A stretch of 64,000 bases of DNA, filler included, from Collodictyon triciliatum (Eukaryota): assembly GCA_043381765.1 (NCBI GenBank). It is 8 parts of 8 records of this genome, joined end to end, with 100 filler letters (N's around TTAATTAATTAA, not from the genome) between each part and the next. Parts side by side here need not be neighbours in the genome. Positions count along the whole stretch, not along the records: positions 8,948 to 17,779 come from JBHJMP010003260.1; positions 17,880 to 26,722 come from JBHJMP010003261.1; positions 26,823 to 35,660 come from JBHJMP010003262.1; positions 35,761 to 44,595 come from JBHJMP010003263.1; 4 more parts are not named here. One strand, 5' to 3'. Below the pieces are notes generated by a model, which was not told the origin of the DNA, did not search any database, and saw nothing but the letters and a program-made list of their open reading frames with translations. Positions 11,964 through 38,621 of this stretch are shown piece by piece (the stretch's first letter is position 1; each line of letters starts with the position of its first letter). Position numbers and translations under genes: made by a program.

Positions 11964-12760
11964 GTATAACTGCAGCACAACTTCGTCCAATTAAAAAAAA
12001 TCGAGATGGAAAAGTATAATAATCCAAAAGGATGGGAAAATTACAAGTATAAAAATAAAATAAAATAAAACAACCTGACGGTGTTGTGGCTTATATGAGA
12101 CACTTTCCACCTCTTACATGTTTAACAATTCATCCATCAACACGAAAGACGCCAGTAACCAAGCACAAAGTGCTCAAATGGAGAACATATTCGTCCTTTT
12201 GATGTCGACTGCACTCTTCTTTTTTTTTTTCTTCTCTCGTTTGTTTCTCTTATTACGGCTTGTATTTTACTTAGTGCTGATAGCTGGTCGCTTTAGATGA
12301 ATAGTTCTTGAGTGTGTCGCACACCAGAAATCCGGAGCGATGAGTCCGTTATTTACTCTTTTCTTTTTCTTTTCTTTAGCCAACATATATAATTGGCAAA
12401 GCAGGGATTTGGTAGACTCGCTCGAAATTGGTTTGACTTGGCTTGGCTTTTGCAGTCCGTTTTATCCAAAGTCTGTTCTCCATCTTTTGTGTCTAATGAT
12501 ATTCCGTCAGCCTAAACGCAATCACTCGGTTTTCTTCAATCGCCAACATTCTTTTTTCATTTTTATTTCATAGATATGTATGCTCAAACGAAAGTGAAAA
12601 AAACCATCTTGTAAAAAGAAAAAAAGGAAATATGCCGATGTAAAGATATTGCAGGCCCTTGATGGACAATGGAATTCGACAAAGTTTTTTGAAAGGATGC
12701 CATTTGTAGGACGGCATATATATTTCTTCATTCTAGTGATACAGTGACATTTCTATCATA

Positions 12761-15416
12761 TTAATCAAAATCCTGAAGCTTAGGGAAAGTGTGTTCACGA
12801 ACACTGGCATTCAACATGAAGGAACAGTTGCTGATACTTGAATCACCGTCCATAGGTCCCACTGACTCGCTCATCCACGGAATCTCCCGGAGGAACGATT
12901 CCAAAATATCATGATTTCTATAAACCGCGTAAATATTTGTCGACGATTCACCATTTACTATAACTCCTCGGTACTCGGAGCTAAATTCCTTGCTATGGAC
13001 AATTTTTTCGCGTATACTTTCTGATATCTATCAAATCAATCGTGAGACAATTAATCATCGGCATTAAATTTATGCAAATAAAATAAAATAAAATAATAAT
13101 AATAATAATGACAAAAAAATCATAACCAAATCACCAAAGATAAGTAAATATTACCACAAAGTTCCCGTAATCGATTTTCCTTAGAATATGAAGCAAAATG
13201 GAGACTAAATTTTAACATGAAGATTAAGGGGAGTCAATTATATTAAGAAAACAAGTAAAAAAAATTGACGTGGATATAAAATCGAGAGACCTGACTCTCC
13301 GAAGCAATCATATCCAAATTCGTGGCTTCCTAAAATTAATTGTATGTTAAAGAATGTAGAATTGTATGCTTGTGTATCATAGCCTACCAATCAGGCCGCA
13401 GAACATACTCCCCGTTCCAGCAACGATTTTATATTTGAAGTCAACTTCTCTTTTCCTTCTCAGATCTTCGAAATCGTCCTGAATCTGAGATAAATTCAGA
13501 ACTGTCAATTTTCGAATAAAGGAAAAAAAAAAAGAACTGTCAATTTGTTTTTCCTTATTCGTTTTCACTAGTAAACCCCATGAGTAGCACCTGAAGGCAA
13601 AAGTCTATGACTCTTTCATGCATTTCCGCTCTTACAACACCGTGCTCAATTTCTTGCGTCACCTTTTGATTCATTTCTTATTTTTAGAAAAAGTAATGCA
13701 TCTTATAATAATTTGAATAGGCATGCATGCTGAACGAATAAAAATGTTCAATTTTATGGTGGTTTTACAATTATTGTAGTCGAAGTAGCCTTAGCAATGG
13801 TCATATCATATGCTTTGACCAGATTTTCAAGCATAACTAATATACCTTTTGCAATATTTAAAGAAATTTTGGAAGAAAATTAAACGAGACCTTTCCTCAT
13901 GAGAAGAATTACACAAACCTGATATGGTTTGGAACTCAAGTCTAGCATTCCCATGAGTGCTCGATTGGTTCATTAATTTGATATCGATAGCAACCTTAGA
14001 AATTGACAGCATACTTTGAAGTGAAGACGCCCGGTCTTTCTTCAAATCTGATACCACATTCTCATGCAAAGTAGAGAGTAATGCTTTTTCATTGCTTTCA
14101 CTTTCTCTCATCAAATTTTCGATCCCCTGTAGCATATGAATAGACTGAAATAAATCATACTGGGCAAAAAAAAATAATTACATCTGGAAAAAAATGGTGA
14201 AAAAATTAATAACTTTATTCAAATATTTCTTGTCAAGGAATTCCTTTCTCGATGATATATCTCTTGATATCGAGAACATTATGAATAATATGAAGGGGCA
14301 CATGACTTCGGATATGATATTCAATATGACTTCATCATCAAGCACTCTAAAATGAAATCGAAATGATATAGATTGAGAATGTAGAAGAACACGTTATGAA
14401 CTGGTAATTGCAAAAAAAAAAAAGAATCATGCATGAGTTCATATAATAGGAACATTACCCGATTTTGTCGCTATATCCAAAATAAATGAAGAAGGAAATT
14501 GAAAACCATATAAAGTGATTCATAAGGATAGAAAAAGGTGAAACGGTGACTGCCGAAACAAAAAATATTCCAACTTCATATACTTCGGCGTAGAGAAAGT
14601 CGAATGGCATATTATCCATGGAACAGTTCAATCCATATGCATCATAAATGAAAAATAAACGAGTCAACGAAAAGACTCCGTAAATCAGTCCAGTGAAATA
14701 TGCAATCGCCCATAAACGTCTCTCTCGAGAGCTTTCTCCATTGTAGTTAGAAAATTGAAAAACTAACATAGCGAGAATTGTGAGCGGGGCAATCACTATA
14801 TATCTCAAGAAAAATATTGGACTACTTGTCCATTTGAATTTCAAGCAATTAGCATCCAATATATCGTAATCTGTAACTCCAAATGACATTAGGCAAACAT
14901 TGACCGACAGCAAAAGAATTCTAAATTGGTATCAAATATAAAATTTAGGCGTTTTGTAAATGCGCACGAGGCTTTAAATAATATATCTTACGCAACCACT
15001 CTCTTGTTGGTCTCTGTCACCAGTCCTCTTTGGAAATCAGATTCTTCATTTGATGTAAATGTCAAATCCCCAAAGAAAGCCCGAAATCCATTCTCTTTCT
15101 TAGCTAGATGAAAAGGATTGGCAAGAGTTGCTTCCTTATTGAAAAATTGGTAATGAGTTTACTGCATGACTATTTGAATGATTCAATATGGATCTAACTC
15201 TGAAAAAATTACTTCGAGACTCTCAATTCTCCGTTGAACGAAAGAACACTCTTGATTTTCTTGCGTGAGAATCCTTGGTGGTGGGATACCATTACAAGAT
15301 GAGTTCAGCTGGCGTTTATTTGCATCGAGGTCACCAATATGATACCGATATCTTTTCATAAGCATCAAGTCGCTATTTGACTTTACTTCCTCAAAAAATT
15401 TCAATTTTCCCTGCAA

Positions 15417-15514
<98 letters not shown>

Positions 15515-15581
15515 GTTATAGTCATATGCATAATTATAATTATTATTCTTATTATTAAAATCACTTATTCAAATTTTTCTT

Positions 15582-15668
<87 letters not shown>

Positions 15669-17779
15669 GCCTTTTCATCTATATTTTCCATCCACATCTC
15701 CTTGGTCCTGAGGTCCACTATAATTTCCAAATCATCGGCCATGTCAAGTGAAATAAGGGCTCCTTCATATGCTTATATGAAGTTTATTTGAAGGTTATAA
15801 TTTATCTCTAATTCAATATCATAAAAATATAGTTCAAATTCTAAAAAAATATCACTCAAATACCTTCTCCAACTATATCAAAGGACGTTTTTGAAAAATT
15901 TATCAGCCCCGCTTCTATTGACCCGCTAGCAATACCCATTTTAATTGATGTCTGTATTGAGAAGCATCTTAGTGCGGTTGAAAAGCTCTGAAGGAGGGGG
16001 TTGCATATATATCATAAAAAACATATTCATTATGAAATTTAGTGCGAATTCTTTTTATTAAACCCTATTAAATCTGCCTTTCGCGTAGTTTTCCATAACT
16101 CCTTGACACACCAGCATCATGTTTACCATGGTCTCCCCAAAAAGTCCACTGACAAACTTTTCGATTTTTTCTTGATTACTTTTTATTTAAAAGTTTCACA
16201 ATTTCTTTATACTTAAGCTTGGCTTACCGTCACACAAAGACCTATTGATTTTAATTTTATGAGTGAATACGAGAAAATAGCCGTCTAATTATAAAATTGC
16301 TCGAATACCTATCGACTTAACCTTATGCACGCCTAACCTACGGTAATGTGGTATTAGGGGCTATTTGTGTCTATTTTCTTCTTTTCATAATGATTAATTA
16401 CCCGACGGCTGTCTTGAGGACCAGACTTGTTTGTTTGTTTGTTTGTTTGTTTATTTGTTTATTTATTGACCGTATAAAATGAAGCAAATATGAAGCAATT
16501 AGCTTTCTACGATCCATGATGTCAGATTATATCACGACAATAATTGTTTAAATCTAAAAAACCTAAATAAGGAATCGATTTCTCTCTTCATTTCAAGATA
16601 TTCAGTTTTTTCTGGGCCTATTGCGGCAATAGAAATACACAAAACGCAGGCAGAAGACTTTTGAAAATATGGAACTCTATCCAAGTCATCTATGAGGCAA
16701 TTCATGACAGGTCTATAATTGAAGATGTTAGCAGAAAGTTTGACACAAATGACCACGCACGTTCTAAACCAATACATAGCTATAGCAGATTGGATAAATG
16801 CAGACGTAGGGAATACGTTTGACAGAAGAAATCGAGTGCGATTCTTGATTTTCGCCATCCTCTTCTTAACCCATTTCAATTTTTTTATTGAGTAGAAGGA
16901 GCTATCGTAATAAAAAAAAGTGTATATCTTAGTGGTAACAATGACGATGACGATGAAAATGACATAGAAATATTGATACAATAGTACTCACAGTAATGAA
17001 TAGAAAATACAAGAGAATAAAACATACTTCTTTCTTTGTATTTCTACAATTTTCAATACACTTATGCTGATAATCGATGTTGTAAAAAGTGGAGCTATGC
17101 ATTAAAAAATAAGCAAGAAGGAGGCTCTTGTGAAGTAAATCAATAGAACAAAGGCGTATACATTTCCAAAAATAGGAGCAACAACTTGAAACTGGAAATC
17201 GCCTGATAAAACCACCGTCATAGCCTACAAAATCACATTTACTTTAAATATTCATGGAGCAAATATATAGCGGTAAATACCATGACAGTAACCTCGGCCT
17301 CGATCAAATTGACATCCGGTATAGTAATTATTTTTGAAAGGAATAATAGAAGCAACGAAAGATATAGCCATCTATGTATGGAGTAGTAGTATCTAAAAAA
17401 AGTTTATATAATTTAGTCGTCATAATGGATATCCTTATAGATTTAAGAGTCTTGTTACCTTGCACATGAATTTTGCTTCTCAGGATTCTTGAAGTTTTTT
17501 CGAATAATTAGCATCCCAACAGAAGCTATGATACTACATATGCAAACAAGGAGATACAAGATTTTCCAGGGATCGGGACTTGCTCTAATTGTGCAAAATT
17601 TTAGAAGCTTGTTTTAAGAATAAATGTTCTTTTAAATAGGATATACTCGATTACTTGTAATTGAGTTAAAAAAATTTGAATAACTCGTAGAGAATGAAAG
17701 CTTACTGGTCCATGCAGTTGATTATACCATAGATGAGGCAAATTGAATAGGTGTAAAAGGCTTTCGAGACCATTTGTTT
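12761..17779 (-). CDS. Membrane class III nucleotidyl-cyclase-like protein (TM block, C1, TM block, C2), paralog 1; catalytic motifs degenerate, one in-frame TAA, 5' end cut by scaffold end
   Basis: C1: RFLLSNVFP, GVHKVKSIGLCVTFVSGL, IKMGIASGSIEAGLI..FDIVGE. C2: YKIVAGTGSMFCGLIG|SHEFGYDCFGES|VSIL..ISESI. Exon structure is colinear with the gene at 47651-53206. Terminal TAA at 12761-12763; internal TAA at 17102-17104. Confidence 0.85.
13498..13546 (+). mobile_element. Tiny poly(A) insertion with 14-bp TSD in an intron
   Basis: AGAACTGTCAATTT at 13498-13511 and 13533-13546 flanks TCGAATAAAGG(A)10. Confidence 0.6.
15417..15665. repeat. Intronic (TAT)n and (GATT)n microsatellites
   Basis: Tandem arrays inside the 15411-15670 intron. 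Confidence 0.95.
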
Positions 17780-17879
17780 NNNNNNNNNNNNNNNNNNNNN
17801 NNNNNNNNNNNNNNNNNNNNNNNTTAATTAATTAANNNNNNNNNNNNNNNNNNNNNNNNNNNNNNNNNNNNNNNNNNNN

Positions 17880-17980
<101 letters not shown>

Positions 17981-18032
17981 GATTGAAAACCAAAGAAAAT
18001 AAAATTAACTATCAGCACGTTTTATTTTCAAG

Positions 18033-19265
<1,233 letters not shown>

Positions 19266-20421
19266 GTAACTCTTAGATACCATTCCTAATTATTAGGTCA
19301 TGTATTACTCTGTAATAATCTATAATATCAATTGTAGAAGAATCACCCAAAGAAATCTAAAAAGAAGTCGAAAGTGACTACAGGCATGCTTTGAATTATC
19401 TCCAAATATGCACACCAGGAGAGTGATTTGATTTTTTTGACCCTTTTGATTTTAAAATTTCTTTTCTTGAATAGCATCCAAGAAGCTAGATCTTCATCAA
19501 GTTGCCGCCAGGTAAGGAGTTCCTTAGTTTGTTTCTTAAGTCGACAGCGACTGAATACGTAATCCATATTGATACTTGCGTTCTGGAGCAAATATAATTC
19601 ATTGAAACTTCATTTAACAGTGTAGATACGCCTAGCCAACATAAAGGGTTTTTTTTTTCTTCAACTCACCCGCCTTCACTTATGTTTTTATTCCGATAAA
19701 TCCATGAACCATGCTTTAAACATGTCTTATATTAATTTGACTGTAATTCGCATATCGGAACTTCAAAGAGAATCATCTGGAAAACACGAAGTATAATATA
19801 ACATCTCTCATACTTATGCGAATATACCTCCTCAATATACGAGCCCTAGATTTCTCAACTCTAAATATGATTCACTATTTATATCTCATCCTTCCCTAAA
19901 TTCCATCATCAGGCCGCCTCTGGGCAAGAAGGCGAAAAGCCCAAAGTTTCTGACAAGCGAAAGCAACTTCCCAGCCAGTGATGCAAAACGCAACCGCGAC
20001 CAAGAAAAAAGAAAAAGAAAAAGAAAAAGATATATCAAATTCCTGTCTATATTCGGTCTTAAAGAGTCGCAGCGCAGAAAACTATAAGATACAATATAAA
20101 GAAGTGGAAACTCACGCGAATGAGATTCAATTTACATGTGACCATATCTGATGGAGCATTATAAGGATATCGAATTCTTTCCAAGCATCAAATAAATATA
20201 TTTATCCGACGATGGGCCTACTAAGCGTGTGCAACTTGGCTAATCACAATTGAGATTTTGGCAAGCAGAGTTCCACTCCTCTTTTGACATTCATTTTTTT
20301 TTTTTATCTATTCATGCCTGACTATAAACGCAGGCAGCGGCGGTATGATTTCAGTGTGGATCATATAAAAAGGAAAGTATTACACTCTTTATAGTATAGA
20401 TTTTGAGTAATTTCTGGTGCT

Positions 20422-26302
<5,881 letters not shown>

Positions 26303-26651
26303 AGCTTAATCCCGTGCGATCGTGTCTCTTTGAGGTTGCTTTATGTCGATTGCAACCCACCAGTTAGATGGCACCCTACTGGTATAGAAAGACAGATTCC
26401 TGCAATGACCTCGTTGCTTTTCTTTTTTTTCTTTTTTCTTTTTTCTATTTTCTATTTTCTTTTTTTCTTTATTCTTTATTCTTTTTTCTTTTTTTCTTTT
26501 TTTCTTTTTTTCTTTTTTTCTTTATTCTTTTTCTTTTTTTCCTTATTCTTTTTCTTTATTCTTTATTCTTTTTTCCTTATTCTTTTTCTTTATTCTTTAT
26601 TCTTTTTTCTTTTTTTCTTTTTTTCTTTTTTTCTTATTTTTTTCTTTTTTT

Positions 26652-26722
<71 letters not shown>

Positions 26723-27007
26723 NNNNNNNNNNNNNNNNNNNNNNNNNNNNNNNNNNNNNNNNNNNNTTAATTAATTAANNNNNNNNNNNNNNNNNNNNNN
26801 NNNNNNNNNNNNNNNNNNNNNNTTTCTTTTTCTTTTTCTTTTCTTTTTCTTTTTCTTTTTCTTTTTCTTTTCTTTTTCTTTTTCTTTTTCTTTTTCTTTT
26901 TTTCTATTTCGTTTTTTCTATTTTCTTTCCTCTTTCTTTTCTTTTCCTTTTCCTTTTCCTTTTCCTTTTTCTTTTTCCCTTCTTTTCTGACGGCCATTTC
27001 GCAGACG

Positions 27008-34363
<7,356 letters not shown>

Positions 34364-34842
34364 AGAAACAGAGTAGCCCTTGTCTGTCTTTGTCCGCAAA
34401 CTCTGCACGATAGACCACGACCATATTGGATTTTTGCTCTGTTCAGAGTTGTTACGATTCTATTATATATATTGTGCATTAAAAATACGATGTGGGTTGG
34501 GTTGGTGACAGAGCAAAGGAATCCGATGATGATTATACTTCCGTAGCGCGACTAATGATTATAAAATCGACTGAAAACCGTGTTTCTGGATGCTTAATGT
34601 GTGATAAATACGCATCACTTTATATTTATGTATAAACCCCACATTTGGCATGATTGGGTCAAATGCAAATCTGGAATTGCGTCTTCTCGATCACGCGGCG
34701 TTTGCATAGATCAAGGGCTGTTTGTGATCAGATCTGTGATCGAACCAAACCTCTCACGAAGCACAAAACACGCAAGCACAAGACAAGTGCCACACTTCTC
34801 GAGAGAATAAAATACCGCAAACACCACAGCAGAGTTGGGAGA

Positions 34843-35498
34843 ATGTCGTGGGAGGAGCAGCGCAAAGAACTGCAGCGCATCGAGGCCGAACTCGACGCAA
34901 AACTCACCACATATTCAAAGATCGGCACGAAACAAAGCGCCGCGTCCTTTGTGGGGGGTTCTGATCCGTCCGATTCTTACTCGAGAGCGTCGCAAAGTAC
35001 TTCGTTCGGCCGTGGGAATGATCTGGAGAGCGGCAGTGCAGACTTTGATGCGTCACTCTTGGCCGATCAGAGAATGTCAGAGTCCATCCGCTACGACATC
35101 GAGCAACTGCTAAAGAGGGTTTCATTTATTCATCCATGTGTTCATTCATTTACTCATTTATTCATCCATGTATTTGTTTATTTGTTTATTTGTTTAGTTT
35201 TACTTTTAGTTATTTATTTATTGTTTATTTGAATCATTTATTTATTTATTTATCTGTTTATTTATTCATTTATGTATTCACTTATTCTTTCATTGTTGGT
35301 TTTACGTTTTTGTTCGCGTTTTTAAATCGTTATTTCTGTTTGTGGTAATTGCCTTTCGTTGGACAGCTCTCTATGGCCGTGGATGCTGCTTCCACCGTAG
35401 TCAACAGCAATGCAGGCGGCTCTTCGCTGTCTCGAGTGCAGTTGCAACGGCACCAAGAAAAACTTCTGGACTACAGACAACAGTATCAGAGAATACGG
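34843..35498 (+). CDS. GOS1: Golgi Qb-SNARE Gos1/GOSR1, 5' part (SNARE motif and TM segment off scaffold)
   Basis: MSWEEQRKELQRIEAELDAKLTTYSKIG..DIEQLLKR|LS..QLQRHQEKLLDYRQQYQRIR matches the Gos1/GS28 N-terminal motifs. Confidence 0.85.
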
Positions 35499-36563
35499 GT
35501 AATCTTCAGCAGCTAATTACTATTGTTATTTTTATTGTCAACTTTATTGTTATTTTTATTGTTATTTTTATTGTTATTTTTATTGTTATTTTTATTGTTA
35601 TTTTTATTGTTATTTTTATTGTTATTTTTATTGTTATTTTTATTGTTATTTTTATTGTTANNNNNNNNNNNNNNNNNNNNNNNNNNNNNNNNNNNNNNNN
35701 NNNNTTAATTAATTAANNNNNNNNNNNNNNNNNNNNNNNNNNNNNNNNNNNNNNNNNNNNAGCAACGATGAGATACATCAAAAGAATACAAATGCACAAA
35801 GGTTCAGTGTGCTTGAATAGAAGTGATTATTTGCGCCTGATGAATATGAGCAGAAGGAGAGAAAACTACATGGGCTGGGCTCATGAGGCTGCATCACGAA
35901 CTGTGTGGGAACGAAGCGCCGAAACGAAAGGAAAAGACAAACAAACGCTACCCACGCCCCCCAATATTTACGTTTTCATATCTGACGACTTTTTGATACT
36001 CTCTTTTTCATTTGGTTTGAAAACCCACACTGCGAAAAAAGCAAAGACTTTGAGGATTCATCATCGGTTCTGGTCGATACACATACGCTTTTTGTGGGCT
36101 GCTTTCCAGGCGGCGTTAATCACAGAGAGAACAAAACAACCAAGAAAATGTGTTCATGAATATCCAACAAAACTCACCCCGTGTTGCTGCTTCCCTCCTG
36201 TTGAAGTGTCGGCTGCTTTTAACAAGGGCGGGCCGCACTGCCAGAGATGTTGCCTGACAAAGTCCTTGACAACTCCTGCTGGGATAAGTGACTCTGTATT
36301 GTTGTGTTCGGCTTGGTTTAATCCCGCTCTGTCGCGTCCGGCCGTTTTGTTTTGGTTGGGATTGGTTTCGCAACACAGTCGAGCCTGTCCACCGAGTCAA
36401 GTGTTGAAATAACTGGGGTGGCGTGAAAGACAGACACTCAATCGCGGCCCATGAGAGGCGCTTTTGTTGGATGGTTAGTAATAATATTATTTTTAAAAAA
36501 GTTCATCAATGTAATAGGCAAAAAGAAATACAGGAGTTTCTTGTGTAAGAAAGGAGCCTGAGG

Positions 36564-38235
36564 ATGGAAGAGACTCAAAGCAAGAGGAGCAAACTGGCCG
36601 CCGAAGATTATCACGACGTGGAGATCAAGCTTTTGACTTCTGAGTACAACAAGGGCACTTCAATAATGATCAGTGAATCCTTCCAGAGGTATGCCATATT
36701 TTATATTTTTTTGTATATATCTTTACTTTTCTTATCTTTTTTTCTTTGTTCTTTATTTTATACCTGGCCAGCGAACCGAAGCCGAAATCCCCACTATCGT
36801 ACACAAATTGAAAGCAAGAATAAAAAATCATTATCCTTCTGTCATTTTGTCATTTTTCATTTTGTCATTTTATCATTTTATCTTTTTATCTTTTTATCTT
36901 TTTATCTTTTTATCTTTTTATCTTTTTATCTTTTTATCTTTTTATCTTTTTATCTTTTTATCTTTTTATCTTTTTATCTTTTTTCTTTTATCATCTCACA
37001 TTATCTTATCTACTTTTATTCTTTCATCTGCACACCGACGCAGAGAATTCCTGACCATGTATGTCTCCTTGGACGCAGAGACCTTTCGGTATTGGTCAGA
37101 TCCATTGTGCGAACGAGCGTCCGCCTTGGGTGTCTCTTACATAGCTGTGGAAAAGGAATCCAACAGAGTGATTTTATGTTTGATAATCCATACAACCTGT
37201 GTGTCTTTCCAAAATTTTTATTTACAATTCTCTTTGCGGGAGGAATAAGGATAAAGAAAAAAACGCACCTCTCGTTTTTGTAAACTGAACTAGATACAAA
37301 ATTGGTAGCCAAATATTTGTTTTATATGTATAAAGGTTGTCGGTGCATGCATTTGCATTGACGGGGCCAGAAATGATGTGCACGATGGCGAAGACCCATC
37401 TGGAAAGTTTGAGGTTTTTGATTGGATGATTCACAGACTTCGGCGACGCTATTTTGTCAGCCGAGGATTCAAACCTCTATTCCCAGATATCGACCCTTTA
37501 TTCCAGGATGAGCCTAGTATGTGCTGATATGATTAAAGCTTAAACATTGTACAAAATTTTATCATAATCATATAAGTTTCATAGTTTTCTTTTTTATCAT
37601 TGTTGTTATTATTCACGATTTTATTCATGCATATAATTGGAGACCGTTTTCATTCAACAATTTTCTCATTTTTTCAATTGCAGCTGACCATCTTGTTGAC
37701 GTGCCTTTTGGGAAATATTTGAGCTTAATTGTCATGTCTGTTGATAGTGCATATCAAGGGCGCGGCCTGAATAAAATCCTGTGTGAGGTCGGATACTAGT
37801 CTACATATTTTTATTTTTTACCGAATGCATCTACACCTGACAGATTGAGCATTGTTGAATACGCAATTTAAAGTAAAAACCCACAAAAACCTTAGAAATC
37901 TCTGAAAAAGGGAGGAGAGGCTGGTTTCATCGAAGCTTTTGCAGAGGCCACAAACACTCGCTCACAGAAATCATCAAAGTATTCACGAAATCGTTTTTTT
38001 TTTTCAAAGGTCTTTGTGTATGTAAAATGGGGCATTCCCTCGGCTCTCACATGAATGTCTCACACATTTTTTTTCTTTATTAAAAATACACAGACTACTT
38101 GGAATGACGTGCGAGCAAATCATCCACTTCCACCGCTTCCGCAATGTCGAAGGAAAGCGCCCGTATAGTGACTACTACCCAACCCAGCCGTTCGGTATGT
38201 TCTTCACGATGAAGCTTGCGCAAAGCACGCAATAA
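36564..38235 (+). CDS. GNAT acetyltransferase resembling the insect arylalkylamine/dopamine N-acetyltransferase family (7 exons)
   Basis: ISESF..EFLT; SYIAVEKESNR|VVGACIC; motif A VMSVDSAYQGRGLNKIL; AEATNTRSQKSS..LG; TAA at 38233-38235. Confidence 0.85.
36761..36827 (+). mobile_element. Diverged (older) copy of the poly(A) retroelement tail in GNAT intron 1
   Basis: AGCGAACCGAAGCCGAAATCCCCACTATCGTACACAAATTGAAAGCAAGAATAAAAAA aligns with 2679-2737. No clean TSD. Confidence 0.7.
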
Positions 38236-38621
38236 ATCTGGCTGCGCCCTCGACTCGTGAGCACCTATCACTATCTCACCAAAACTGGAAAATCCAGAAA
38301 AGGAATATGTATTAGGTATGATACACACGCAATAGCCGATCAAACTTTTCGAGCTGCAAAACTGATCATCACACCAAACCCGTTACGAATCACTGTGAAC
38401 CGCCACAGGAGAACGCAAACAAATGAAGCAAAAACAAAAAGAATAAAATCTTGGCGTCTGAAGGAAACGAGCGGCCATTCCAGCAATACGAAGAGCTCAT
38501 TTGAACCAGTCGCACTTACTTTGTCGCGGCTCTTCAGAACCGAAAGAAAACAACCCTCAGCAAAGAACAGAGAGCAAAGAACAAAGAACAACGAGTAGAG
38601 AGCTTCGAGAAAAGACCGCGT

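Noticed and set aside
17102..17104. Stop-codon reassignment (TAA read as sense)
   Set aside because: TAA ends DCAF7 exactly at its conserved C-terminus and also ends other genes here. The 1635-aa ORF has no internal stops, and only one internal TAA was found.
34526..34574. Possible C/D-box snoRNA (ATGATGA..CTGA)
   Set aside because: Only about 50 nt, no terminal stem and no verifiable guide; such motifs are expected by chance in AT-rich DNA.
35768..36412. 214-aa plus-strand ORF
   Set aside because: No recognisable motif and atypical composition; more likely UTR or promoter sequence at a scaffold start. Not excluded.
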